Assembly (NCBI GenBank): GCA_050950825.1
Contig: JBMNIH010000003.1
Span: 96,001 to 160,000 of the forward strand
DNA from: Clostridia bacterium
Lineage (GTDB): Bacteria; Bacillota; Clostridia; JAAYHZ01
Length of the DNA: 64,000 bases
Direction of reading: 5' to 3'
The first letter of the stretch is position 1; every line of letters starts with the position of its first letter. The position numbers were made by a program, and so were the translations under genes. The notes under the pieces were generated by a model. The model was not told the origin of the DNA. It did not search any database and was given only the letters and a program-made list of their open reading frames with translations. Positions 39,970 through 49,344 of this stretch are shown here, in pieces.

Positions 39970-40984
39970 CTAACTTCTCCTCCTGCCCTCTTATGATGAA
40001 AATTTCGCCTTCTTCTTCAAGCTGCCTTACGATGTTCACAATTTGCTGCTGCGCATCCTCCACTTCTTTCATACGAACTTTTCCCATATATTCCATATCG
40101 TCGAGGATATTCTGTTTCATTCTTGAAGACATGTTGTCGAATAAGGCGTTCTTGACCTCCTCCGCAGCATGCTTCAAAGCCGTTGCAAGGACCTTCACAT
40201 CCGTTTCCTTTATCACCCTCTGGATGGAGCGAGGATCCAGCTTGGTAAGGTCTTCGAAAACAAACATTTTCTTGCGGATCTTTTCCGCCAATCCGGTGTC
40301 CTCCTTGAAAAGCGATTCCAAGATATGCTTTTCCGTTGCTCGGTCCACCACGTTCAAGATGTCGACGGCCGACTGCAGCCCGCCGGCTTCCGTAAAATCC
40401 TCCACGAAGGCTGCGGAAAGCTTTCTTTCCAGCATTCTTTCGATCTCCTTTATATATTCCGGACTGGTCTTGTCCATGGTGGCAATCCTTTCGATAACGG
40501 CCGTTTGGTTTTCCTGAGGAAGCATACATAATATTTGGCCCGCTAATTTCGGCGGCAAATAGGAAAGAACGATGGCGATGACTTGAGGACTTTCATGCTG
40601 TATTAATCCTAAAAGCTGATTGGCATCGACCTTGCGTGCAAAATGGAAGGGTTTTTCTTGCAAGGAGGCAGTGAGCCTGTTAAGCAATTCCGCCGTTTTA
40701 TGACTGCCTACGGCTTTTTCCAAGATCTCCTTCGCATACGCAATCCCGCCTTGGGATACGTATTCTTGAATCGCCAGAAGGTCGTAGTATTCGCTCAATA
40801 CTTTTTCCTTGATTTCGGGAGAGACATCCTTAATTTTCGTAATTTCCACCGTCAGCTGCTCGATTTCTTCTTCGGACAAATTTTTCATAATATCCGAGGA
40901 TGTCTCCGGACCTAAGGATATGAGCAATATTGCCACTTTTTCTTTTTCGGTCAAATCGTCGTATATCAGTCCCACTTTGTTCAC
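39962..40984 (-). CDS. fliG: FliG
   Basis: KVAILLISLG; GGIAYA; HESPQ; MFVFED; NMSSRM. Confidence 0.96.
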   Translation of the reverse strand: MNKVGLIYDDLTEKEKVAILLISLGPETSSDIMKNLSEEEIEQLTVEITKIKDVSPEIKEKVLSEYYDLLAIQEYVSQGGIAYAKEILEKAVGSHKTAELLNRLTASLQEKPFHFARKVDANQLLGLIQHESPQVIAIVLSYLPPKLAGQILCMLPQENQTAVIERIATMDKTSPEYIKEIERMLERKLSAAFVEDFTEAGGLQSAVDILNVVDRATEKHILESLFKEDTGLAEKIRKKMFVFEDLTKLDPRSIQRVIKETDVKVLATALKHAAEEVKNALFDNMSSRMKQNILDDMEYMGKVRMKEVEDAQQQIVNIVRQLEEEGEIFIIRGQEEKLVG

Positions 40985-40985
40985 C

Positions 40986-42539
40986 TCAATTCCCGTTCAA
41001 TCTGCTCTTGATCAAACGTATGACAATATCCTTATTGCTCCTATAGAATTGCTCGATCTGCTGCCTGTACATTTCCGCCGTTCCGCCGTGCTTCGCATTG
41101 ATCTCGGGGATAACCGTCCTGTCTTCTTGTATTTCGTCCGTTTTTTCCTCCGCCGTTTCATCCCAATCCGTCGTGTCGATAGCCCTGCCGCGATCGGAAA
41201 GCTTCAGAAGAACGATGAATATGCATATGAGTAAAAGTCCCAAAAGCGCATACGTTGCGATTGCTCTGTTTCGGTTTCGCGCTTCGTCTTTGGCGGGAGC
41301 TTGGGTGCCGAACAGGTCTTCGAACTCCCGCACTCCGTTGAATTTCATGGCTTGAACGACAACGGAATCGGGTTCAATCCCCATGGCGCCGGATACCACC
41401 TTTCTCACTTGGTCCAAAACCAACGGATCGTCTTCATAGTCGATTACAACGGATACCGTTAAGTCTTTTATTTCACCTTGGGACTTTTCAATCAGCTCTC
41501 TCGTTTGGTTCACTTCATAATTGACCGTGTTACTGACCTTTTCATAAACGGTCTCGCTTTCATCCTCCGCCGCATATACGGGAGCGCCGCCGTTCGGGTC
41601 CTGCCCCGCAGGAGTTCCCGTACTTTTTTGCTTCGATACTTCCTCCAACCGGTTCAAGCTGACGGCCAAACCTTCATCGTCCACTACCGGTTCGAACTTC
41701 ACGGATTCCGTGGTCCTTTTGTCAAAATCCAACCGAACGTTGACCCCTGCCACCACCTTGCCGTAGCCGAATACCGGCTCAAGAAGGCCGAGCAATTGGT
41801 TTTTAAAATTCTCTTCCACCTGGCGCTCCAGCTCCAACAAGCTTCCGGCTTGACTGAATTCCGTTTCCGTGTTTTGATTCAACACCTGCATGCGTTGATC
41901 CACGATGGTAATATTTTCGGATGTCAAACCGGGTACGCTTTTGGAAACCAGCTCGGTAATGGCATAAACTTGTTGAGGGGATAGCTTGGCATTGTTTTTC
42001 AGTTTTAATAAGACGGATGCCGTGGAAGGCTTTTTGTCTTCCTTCAGCACCACCGAATTGTTATCCGGGATTGTGATCGTAACGATGGCATCTTCTACAA
42101 GATCGATGGACTTGATGGTTTCTTGGAGGCGGTCCTGCAATTGAAATTGCATGTATTTTTGTTTTTCGTATTCCGTGGTACCGAATCCGGTACTGTTTTT
42201 AAATATGTCGTAATTCAAGGCGGTCTTCGGATAGCCTTCGGCAGCCAGGCTTATCCGAAGACGGTCCTCTTGGTTTTTCGGCACTAAAATCGTACCGTTT
42301 TTGCCGACCTTTGCAACCGTACCGCTTTCGGTTAACTTGGTATAGATTTCTCCCGCTTCTTGGTCCGTCAATCCGGAATACAGCACGGAATATTCGGTTC
42401 TGTTCAGCAAAGCGACAGTCAAAATCGTCAGTATGATAATTAGGGACATTAAAACGACAAACCCGATTTTCTTCTTTTTCGATAAACCCGTCCAAAAACT
42501 TGTTACCTGTCCGGATACTTTCTTTAATATTTCCGCCAC
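40986..42539 (-). CDS. fliF: MS-ring protein FliF
   Basis: Two TM helices; FGTTEYE; STASVLL; SVPGL...ITIVD; NYEVN. Confidence 0.95.
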   Translation of the reverse strand: MAEILKKVSGQVTSFWTGLSKKKKIGFVVLMSLIIILTILTVALLNRTEYSVLYSGLTDQEAGEIYTKLTESGTVAKVGKNGTILVPKNQEDRLRISLAAEGYPKTALNYDIFKNSTGFGTTEYEKQKYMQFQLQDRLQETIKSIDLVEDAIVTITIPDNNSVVLKEDKKPSTASVLLKLKNNAKLSPQQVYAITELVSKSVPGLTSENITIVDQRMQVLNQNTETEFSQAGSLLELERQVEENFKNQLLGLLEPVFGYGKVVAGVNVRLDFDKRTTESVKFEPVVDDEGLAVSLNRLEEVSKQKSTGTPAGQDPNGGAPVYAAEDESETVYEKVSNTVNYEVNQTRELIEKSQGEIKDLTVSVVIDYEDDPLVLDQVRKVVSGAMGIEPDSVVVQAMKFNGVREFEDLFGTQAPAKDEARNRNRAIATYALLGLLLICIFIVLLKLSDRGRAIDTTDWDETAEEKTDEIQEDRTVIPEINAKHGGTAEMYRQQIEQFYRSNKDIVIRLIKSRLNGN

Positions 42540-42561
42540 TGTTAACCCCCCGGATCACTTT

Positions 42562-42876
42562 TTATATCTGCATTCTCATGATGTTTTCATAAGCCTCGAT
42601 AACCTTGTTTCGAATCTGCAGCGCTAGGCTCAACGTAATGTCCGCTTTCTCCGCAGAGATCATGATCGAATGAAGATTGTTGATTTCACCTGTCGTCAAG
42701 CTTAAGCCCATTTCTTGTTCCGCTTTTTCCGTCCGGTTTACTTCCTCCAGAGCTTGGTCTAAAAAGCTTTTAAATTCTCCGCTTGACCCGTTACGGACCT
42801 GCAAGCTTAAATATTCGTCTAAACGATTCGCTCTTTGAAGCTCCCATGCCGAAAGAATGGAATTTACTTTGTCCAT
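42562..42876 (-). CDS. fliE: FliE
   Basis: LHSIMI..EKA...IRNKVIEAYENIMRMQI. Confidence 0.95.
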   Translation of the reverse strand: MDKVNSILSAWELQRANRLDEYLSLQVRNGSSGEFKSFLDQALEEVNRTEKAEQEMGLSLTTGEINNLHSIMISAEKADITLSLALQIRNKVIEAYENIMRMQI

Positions 42877-42890
42877 GGCCCGTATCCTTT

Positions 42891-43328
42891 CTACTTACCG
42901 ATCTCCAGCGCCTTTAAAGCGATTTGCTTAAAAGCGTTTAAAGCCGTTACGTTGGCCTCATAGGCTCTGTAAGCCGCAATCATATCGATTATTTCTTTGG
43001 CGGTATCTACGTTCGGCATTTCTACATAGCCTTCTTCGTTTGCATCCGGATGGGAAGGATCATATACCAATTTGAAAGGGCTTTGGTCTTCTTGCACCGA
43101 AGCCACTTCGACCCCGTTGCCTTGTGTTTTTTCAAGCCCCGCTTTGAGGTGCTCGGAAAAGGGTATCTCTCTTTCCCTTAATACGACCGTACGACGTCTG
43201 TAGGGTTCTCCGTTTGCCGTCCTCGTGGTGTTCGTATTCGCCACGTTTTCCGCGATGACATCCATTCGAAAGCGCTGCGCCGTCAGCGCCGATGCACTGA
43301 TATCCATCGATTTGAAAAAGTTACTCAT
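42891..43328 (-). CDS. flgC: Rod protein FlgC
   Basis: SASALTAQRFRMDVIAENVAN; YDPSHPDA; RAYEAN. Confidence 0.96.
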   Translation of the reverse strand: MSNFFKSMDISASALTAQRFRMDVIAENVANTNTTRTANGEPYRRRTVVLREREIPFSEHLKAGLEKTQGNGVEVASVQEDQSPFKLVYDPSHPDANEEGYVEMPNVDTAKEIIDMIAAYRAYEANVTALNAFKQIALKALEIGK

Positions 43329-43344
43329 GTGTCAACCATTCCTT

Positions 43345-43773
43345 TTATTTGCTATCATTAATGACCGTTTTTAGTCGTCCGAGATCTTTCGTTACTTTCT
43401 GAATCATGTACTGATACCAAATGACGTTTTTGGCCAGTTCGTTCATTTCGTACTCGATATCCACGTTATTTCCGTCCATACGTATGGAAGTGGATTCGTC
43501 CTTCTTTACGATCGGCTCGATATCGGACATGGGGTCGGTAGAAATCCCCGATACCGACGGGATATGCTTTTCCCTTGTGGTTTTCAATTCCGTATGACGA
43601 TAATCTTTGTTTTCGATCTTTGCTTTTAATAAAGATTCGAATTCCACATAGGAACGCTTGAACTGCGGTGTTTCCACATTCGCAATATTGTGTGTGATCA
43701 CCTCATTACGAAGCCAAGCCGCATCCAATCCCTTTTGCAAAAGATCAACTTGCGAAAACATATCTTTTAACAT
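43345..43773 (-). CDS. flgB: Rod protein FlgB
   Basis: RNEVITHNIANVETP; DGNNVDIEYEM. Confidence 0.96.
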   Translation of the reverse strand: MLKDMFSQVDLLQKGLDAAWLRNEVITHNIANVETPQFKRSYVEFESLLKAKIENKDYRHTELKTTREKHIPSVSGISTDPMSDIEPIVKKDESTSIRMDGNNVDIEYEMNELAKNVIWYQYMIQKVTKDLGRLKTVINDSK

Positions 43774-43791
43774 GGCAAAACTCCGTTTTAT

Positions 43792-44145
43792 TCACATCTT
43801 GCTGAGGGCTTTGATCAAGGAATCTTCCTTAAAAGGCTTTACAATAAAGCCTTTTGCACCTGATAAGACGGCATCCTTCACCATAGCCTCCTGGCCCATG
43901 GCGGACACCATTAGAATATTCGCATTTTTATCCTTGGCTACGATCGCTTTCAAAGCTTCCAATCCGTTCATTTCGGGCATTGTAATATCCATTGTAACGA
44001 TGTACGGCTTCAGCTCGAAGTATTTTTCTACCGCAACCGCACCGTTCTCCGCTTCGCCAATGACTTCGTAACCGTTCTTTTCCAACATTTTTCTGATGGA
44101 TATTCGCATAAAGGCAGCGTCATCGACAACCAAAACCGTTTTCAA
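43792..44145 (-). CDS. cheY: Chemotaxis response regulator CheY
   Basis: VVDDAAFMR...MDITMPEMNG...SAMGQ...FIVKPF; TTG start with RBS AGGAGG. Confidence 0.93.
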   Translation of the reverse strand: MKTVLVVDDAAFMRISIRKMLEKNGYEVIGEAENGAVAVEKYFELKPYIVTMDITMPEMNGLEALKAIVAKDKNANILMVSAMGQEAMVKDAVLSGAKGFIVKPFKEDSLIKALSKM

Positions 44146-44221
44146 ACCGCAATACCTCCTTCGATAAAATAACCGATATATTTCATCACAATAAATGTAT
44201 TAAAATGCAATTCTATGTATA

Positions 44222-44281
44222 TTTAAACATGAACAGTTGGTTCATGTCAATAAATTATCACGAATCAATGGTTCATGTCAA
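44222..44281 (-). promoter_or_regulatory. Tandem sigmaA-like promoters with two palindromic operators, upstream of the cheY-flgB operon
   Basis: Two TTGACA -35 boxes 31 bp apart, each followed by TGAACC; -10 candidates GATAAT and TTAAAT; operator ACATGAAC-N5-GTTCATGT (44227-44247) and a degenerate copy (44258-44278). Confidence 0.7.
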
Positions 44282-44494
44282 TTGTAAATACAAAAAAGTG
44301 AAAATTTTTCGTAAACTGCCGAAATTCGTTGAAGATTGCCCGTTATTGCATCCGATTGTCTTTAATGATCTATATTTCTGCGATTACAATGCAAAAAACC
44401 AAACAACCGAAAAAAGATTATGGGAGGAGGATCGTACTTAATTCATGCGGGTCTTCCGTTTGTTTCATAGTATCTATAATCGATAAAATTTGAC

Positions 44495-44523
44495 TTGACA
44501 GAAGTTGTTTCCTGTATTATTAT
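44495..44523 (+). promoter_or_regulatory. sigmaA promoter of XRE regulator 1
   Basis: TTGACA-N17-TATTAT. Confidence 0.65.
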
Positions 44524-44546
44524 GTAAATAAAAGGTATAAAATTGT

Positions 44547-45041
44547 ATGCTTGGCCGAATATTGTATAGATTGAGGGTTGAAAAAAAACTATCAATGAAA
44601 AAAGCCGGTGAAGCTGTCGGTGTATCCGATTCCGCTTGGAATAAATATGAGAAAAACAAGGCGGACCCGTCCATCGACATTTTACTGAGAATTGCGGATT
44701 TTTTCGGAGTCTCCACCGACTACCTGTTAGGCAGAACCGAAATTAGAGATCCGGCCGTTCCGCATGAGCTCAATCTCCCTTCGCTTCCCGGTATGGAAGA
44801 ATTCATATCCGCCATACACGAAACCTTTCGACTGTACAACACCGTAAACATCGACCTTCATACCCTATCTCAATTGCTCGCCTTATTGACAAATGCCGTT
44901 AACGCCTTCAATCGGTTGGTAAAATACAAGCAAGATCATAAATACGATTCCGGCGACTTTAAAATTTATCAAAATGCCATCGTCAATCTCATGAATGAAT
45001 ACGGCGAATTATATGAACGCATGAGAAATCAAAATTATTAA
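44547..45041 (+). CDS. XRE family HTH regulator (paralog 1)
   Basis: LYRLRVEKKLSMKKAGEAVGVSDSAWNKYEK...IADFFGVSTDYLLGRT; helical C-terminal domain. Confidence 0.92.
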   Translation: MLGRILYRLRVEKKLSMKKAGEAVGVSDSAWNKYEKNKADPSIDILLRIADFFGVSTDYLLGRTEIRDPAVPHELNLPSLPGMEEFISAIHETFRLYNTVNIDLHTLSQLLALLTNAVNAFNRLVKYKQDHKYDSGDFKIYQNAIVNLMNEYGELYERMRNQNY

Positions 45042-45060
45042 AATCTCCTTTTGCTTTTCT

Positions 45061-46098
45061 TCATTCCAAATCCGAAACATCCTGATCTTTTGCCAAGCGA
45101 TTGATCGCTTTTGATATGTTTTCCAATGAAATCTGATAATCCACCGCGCCTAACAGGTACGCTTCCTTCGGCATACCGTAAACCACAGAGGACTTTTGAT
45201 CTTGGCCGATGGTTTTGCCTCCGTTTTGTTTTATGGCCAAAAGTCCTTCCGCACCGTCCGTGCCCATTCCGGTCAGCAGTACTCCGATCGCCCGGTTCCC
45301 GGCGGCTTTGGCAACAGACGCAAACAATACGTCGATGGAGGGACGGTGTCCGTTCACTTTGCCGCCGTCAAAGCATAAAATGGAGTATTCGTCTCCCCTC
45401 CTGTTTACCTTCATATGCCTGTTTCCGGGCGCAATATAGGCGCATCCTTTATTGATCGTATCGCCGCTTCTTGCTTCCTTGACTTGAAAGGCGGTAGCTT
45501 CGTTCAGTCTTTCCGCAAACATCTTCGAAAATCTTTCCGGTATATGCTGAACGATCACAATCCCGGGCAGGTCCGTATCCAAATTTCGTAAAATATGAAA
45601 TATGGCTTGGGTCCCTCCCGTGGAAGCCCCGATGGCTATAATGTCTTTGGAATAGATCCTTTTTCTTTCTTTGTTTTCATCAACGGGCGGGTTCTTTTCT
45701 CCGAAAACCGTCGCCTTTCGAATGATCTCGATAATGTATGCAATGAAGCGCTGTATGTCCTCGGAGGTTTTTGCCTTTGGCTTCGACACGAAAGCAAAGG
45801 CTCCCGCTTGCAGCGCCTCCTCTTTGTATCCCTCATGTCCGCTGATGACAATGATAGGAATCGGATATTTGGGTGCCAGCCGGCTTATAAAGCCGATACC
45901 GTTCATTTTCGGCATTTCAATATCGCACAAAATGACATCCGGGCGATAGATCATCAATTTTTCCACCGCATCCTGCGGGTCCTCCGCCGTGGAGACCACT
46001 TCGATATCCTCCTCCATGGATATGGCCATAAACAAAAATTTTCTGAAAAACAGGCTGTCGTCTACAACCAGAACCTTGATTTTTTCTAATTTTCCCAT
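45061..46098 (-). CDS. cheB: Chemotaxis methylesterase CheB (REC + esterase)
   Basis: VLVVDDS...DIEMP; GASTGG; QHIP; HRPSIDVLF; LTGMGTDGA. ATG 46098 preferred over GTG 46128. Confidence 0.95.
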   Translation of the reverse strand: MGKLEKIKVLVVDDSLFFRKFLFMAISMEEDIEVVSTAEDPQDAVEKLMIYRPDVILCDIEMPKMNGIGFISRLAPKYPIPIIVISGHEGYKEEALQAGAFAFVSKPKAKTSEDIQRFIAYIIEIIRKATVFGEKNPPVDENKERKRIYSKDIIAIGASTGGTQAIFHILRNLDTDLPGIVIVQHIPERFSKMFAERLNEATAFQVKEARSGDTINKGCAYIAPGNRHMKVNRRGDEYSILCFDGGKVNGHRPSIDVLFASVAKAAGNRAIGVLLTGMGTDGAEGLLAIKQNGGKTIGQDQKSSVVYGMPKEAYLLGAVDYQISLENISKAINRLAKDQDVSDLE

Positions 46099-46108
46099 AT
46101 GAACCACC

Positions 46109-46924
46109 CTACTCTTTTCGGTACACACCGGGTTCCATGTATTTCAAGCTCGAGCTTGCTCTTTTCAGGGATTCGGAAAGGCCGACAAACAAGTAACCGC
46201 CGGGCTCAAGCCAATGGAAAAACTTATCCACCAGTTTTTTCGCCGTCTGTTCCTCGAAATAGATCATGACGTTCTTGCAGAAAATCACATGGAAGGGCTT
46301 CTTGAAAAAAAATCGTTCTTCCATCAAATTGAACTTACGGAAGATGACTTCATCCTTCAAAAAAGGTTTTATTTCGAACCGGTCTCTGCCGACCGGTTCG
46401 AAATAATTCAATTTCCACCCGAGGGGTAATTCCTTCAATTCCTCGATCCCGTAAATCCCTTTTTTGGCTTTATTCAAGACCTCATCGGATATATCGGTAG
46501 CCAAAATCTTCGTATCCCAAAACAGCTTATCGCTGCCGAAAAACTCGTCAATCACCATTGCCAATGTGTACGGTTCTTCTCCCGTGGAGCATCCTGCACT
46601 CCATATCCTGATATCCCTTTCTTCTACGGTCGATTTTAAATAGGGCAGGACGTGATCCTTCATATAGTCCATGTGAGCCGCTTCCCTCATAAAGTAGGTA
46701 TGGTTTGTCGTAATGCGATTTGCCAATACGGAAGCGGCTTCACCGGTTTTATCCGACAAGAGATACTCGTAGTACTTGGAAAAGTTCGGGATGTTATTTT
46801 TTATCAATATGTTTTGCAGTCTTCCGATTAACAGCCCTTTCTTTTCTTTTTTCAAATGTATACCGAAATTTTTTCTTATGTATTCCGACAACAATTCAAA
46901 TTCTTTATCCGATATGTCGAACAC
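46109..46924 (-). CDS. cheR: Chemotaxis methyltransferase CheR
   Basis: TTNHTYFMRE; RIWSAGCSTGEEPYT; IFCKNVMIYF. Confidence 0.96.
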   Translation of the reverse strand: MFDISDKEFELLSEYIRKNFGIHLKKEKKGLLIGRLQNILIKNNIPNFSKYYEYLLSDKTGEAASVLANRITTNHTYFMREAAHMDYMKDHVLPYLKSTVEERDIRIWSAGCSTGEEPYTLAMVIDEFFGSDKLFWDTKILATDISDEVLNKAKKGIYGIEELKELPLGWKLNYFEPVGRDRFEIKPFLKDEVIFRKFNLMEERFFFKKPFHVIFCKNVMIYFEEQTAKKLVDKFFHWLEPGGYLFVGLSESLKRASSSLKYMEPGVYRKE

Positions 46925-46934
46925 ACCGATCTCC

Positions 46935-48770
46935 TTAATACTTTCCGAATTCCTTGTCGCTAGGAACCGCGACTAAGCTCGTCGATACGTTCTCCTCGTC
47001 CGGGCAAACGACATTCGTTTGGTACTTCTTTTTATATATGGACTCTAAGTATTCCAAAACCTCCGGACTCAATTCGAAATCGGTTTTCTCGTCCGTAAAT
47101 TCCTTAAACTTAATGGACTCCACGATATCCTTTAAGCCCTCGGCTTGATGCCTCAACGCTTCTTCGGAAGCGGCCACTTCTTCGGAGGTAGCGGAGTTCT
47201 TCTGAACCACTTCGGATACCTGCGAGATGCCTTGGTTAATTTGCGCAATACCGATCGCTTGCTCTTCCGAAGCCGCAGCAATGCTGCCGACAAGAGAAGC
47301 CACTTCTTCCGCTCCGCTGACGATTCTCTTAAGGGCTTCCGCCGTTTCTCCCGCAATCTTCGTACCGTGAGCCACCTTTTCCATTGCGTTTTCGATCAAT
47401 TCGCCGGATTGCTTCGCGGCCTCCGCCGATTTTTCAGCCAAAGCACGGATTTCTTCCGCCACAACGGCAAAGCCTTTACCGTAGTTTCCGGCTCGGGCCG
47501 CTTCTACGGCGGCGTTAAGCGACAAGATATTCGTTTGGAAAGCGATATCGTCGATGGCCTTTAAGATCTTGTTTATATTCTTAGATGATACGCTGATATC
47601 TTCGATAGCCTTGAGCATATCTTGCATCAAATGATTTCCGTTATCGGCATTGCTCTTTGCCGCTTCCGCAAGCTTGTCGGCCTTCTTGGCGTTTTCCGCA
47701 TTTTCACCGGTTTGAACCGATATTTCCTCCATGGATGCCGTAAGCTGCTCCAATGCGCTTGCCTGCTGGGCGGCGCCTTGGGAGATCTCCTTGCTTGCTG
47801 CGGACAATTGTTCCGCACCGACAGCCACTTGTTCGGAAGCGGTGGCAATTTTTCTCACCATATCGTTCGAATTCTTTATCATTTCCGCCAAGCTTCGATT
47901 GAGTACGTCTTTTTCGGATCGTAAATGAATGTCCGGCGTAAAATCATTCTCGGCCAGGGTTTGAAGCACCGCCGCTTGTTGCTTGGTATCGGCAATAATC
48001 TTACGGAAGGTATCGGACAAGTAGCCGAGCTCATCCCTCGATTCCCAACGGAGCTCCGCTTCAATATCTCCCACAACCAGTTTTTCCGCCGCTTTGATCA
48101 CTTCATTCAAGGGATTTGCAATCGATTTCAAGACGACGATTACAATATATGCGGCAATTAAGAGGTTTACGAATAAAACGATGATGAACTTACGTCTCCA
48201 CATATGAAAGGCCGATTTGTTGTAGTCTCCCCGCTCTTGGCCCATTTCATATAGCCTTTCCGCCAATGCTTCCATGCTATCCTCGACGTCTTCCATGGCC
48301 TTTTGCATTTCCGCACCGGAATAGGCATAAACCACCGCCGGTTTATTGTCCATCTTCAAAAAGTTTATAATCTTTGTCTTAAATCCCGAAAACACGTTGT
48401 ACTTTTCCAAAAGGTCATGCCATAATTCGATGGCATGCTCGTCCGTCAAGACTTCGCCCATTTGTGCGTACATCTCGTCCATTTCCAGGGAATATCGCTC
48501 GAGCTCCGTTAAAACCTCTTGATACGAAACACCGTCAGCTAAAGCGCTCATTGCGATTAATTGCTGCTGGTCATTAATGTTGTCTAACATGTCCGGAATG
48601 ATGGTCAAAGGAACGGTGACCTCATGATACAAGCGATCGTCGTTATCCGCCGTTTTATTCATGGCCACATAACCGATTCCCAAAACGATGATCATCAATA
48701 TCGCAACGATTACAAATGTCAATATCAGCTTTACTCTAAGCTTTAAATTTTTAATAAGTCTCATTATCAT
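46935..48770 (-). CDS. Methyl-accepting chemotaxis protein (4HB sensor, HAMP, C-terminal pentapeptide)
   Basis: Two TM helices; RDELG HAMP; IAFQTNILSLNAAVEAARAG; ends EFGKY. Confidence 0.95.
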   Translation of the reverse strand: MIMRLIKNLKLRVKLILTFVIVAILMIIVLGIGYVAMNKTADNDDRLYHEVTVPLTIIPDMLDNINDQQQLIAMSALADGVSYQEVLTELERYSLEMDEMYAQMGEVLTDEHAIELWHDLLEKYNVFSGFKTKIINFLKMDNKPAVVYAYSGAEMQKAMEDVEDSMEALAERLYEMGQERGDYNKSAFHMWRRKFIIVLFVNLLIAAYIVIVVLKSIANPLNEVIKAAEKLVVGDIEAELRWESRDELGYLSDTFRKIIADTKQQAAVLQTLAENDFTPDIHLRSEKDVLNRSLAEMIKNSNDMVRKIATASEQVAVGAEQLSAASKEISQGAAQQASALEQLTASMEEISVQTGENAENAKKADKLAEAAKSNADNGNHLMQDMLKAIEDISVSSKNINKILKAIDDIAFQTNILSLNAAVEAARAGNYGKGFAVVAEEIRALAEKSAEAAKQSGELIENAMEKVAHGTKIAGETAEALKRIVSGAEEVASLVGSIAAASEEQAIGIAQINQGISQVSEVVQKNSATSEEVAASEEALRHQAEGLKDIVESIKFKEFTDEKTDFELSPEVLEYLESIYKKKYQTNVVCPDEENVSTSLVAVPSDKEFGKY

Positions 48771-48794
48771 GATAAAAAACCTCCCTTTATTTCT

Positions 48795-49259
48795 CTATTT
48801 CTCGTCCCAAATCAGTTTTTCGATGTCTAACAGCATGATGACGCCGCTCTGCGTCGTTCCCAGCTTCCATATGTATTTGTTATTGCCTTCTTTCGATGTG
48901 TTCGGGGGATCCGACAGCCGGTCCGGCAGGATGGTCGAAACCTCCAGAACCTTATCCGCCACAATACCCATCGCGATGTCATTGACCTGAACAATGACGA
49001 TACACGTCCTTTGGTCATATTCCGGCACCGGTTGCTTGAACCGAATGCGAAGATCCATGACCGGTATGATTTTCCCTCTGAGATTAATGACGCCCTTTAC
49101 ATAGTCGGGAAGTTCCGGAACTTTTGTAATCGGCCTGATGCTGATAATTTCGGTTACATACTCGATGGTAAAACCGTAAAGTTCCGATCCTAATGAAAAA
49201 GTCAAATACTTGTCTTTTAAAGTATCTTCTATGGTCTCGGTGCTTTCATAAACCTCCAT
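48795..49259 (-). CDS. cheW: CheW
   Basis: YLTFSLG; VPELPDYVKGVINLRGKIIPVMDLR. Confidence 0.96.
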   Translation of the reverse strand: MEVYESTETIEDTLKDKYLTFSLGSELYGFTIEYVTEIISIRPITKVPELPDYVKGVINLRGKIIPVMDLRIRFKQPVPEYDQRTCIVIVQVNDIAMGIVADKVLEVSTILPDRLSDPPNTSKEGNNKYIWKLGTTQSGVIMLLDIEKLIWDEK

Positions 49260-49344
49260 ATGCGTCTCCTTTCTATTTTCATAAGTATTTTCATTCGTTA
49301 TTTATCGACTAAAGCAAAAACGATGATCTTTCATATGCCGGAGC

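Noticed and set aside
44227-44247. LexA (SOS) box
   Set aside because: The spacer is GAAC-N5-GTTC; the Firmicute LexA box is GAAC-N4-GTTC.
44299-44325. + strand sigma28-like site TGAA-N15-GCCGAAAT upstream of XRE 1
   Set aside because: Mismatches in both boxes, including the CGAT core, and a better sigmaA promoter lies closer to the gene.
44146-44546. C. difficile-like invertible flagellar switch or c-di-GMP riboswitch upstream of flgB
   Set aside because: No long flanking inverted repeats, no recombinase nearby, and no GEMM core (GGCAAAC...GACGCAAAG) on either strand by eye.
49302-49328. Internal sigma28 promoter before cheW
   Set aside because: Good -10 (GTCGATAA) but the -35 reads GATC rather than TAAA; too weak to call.
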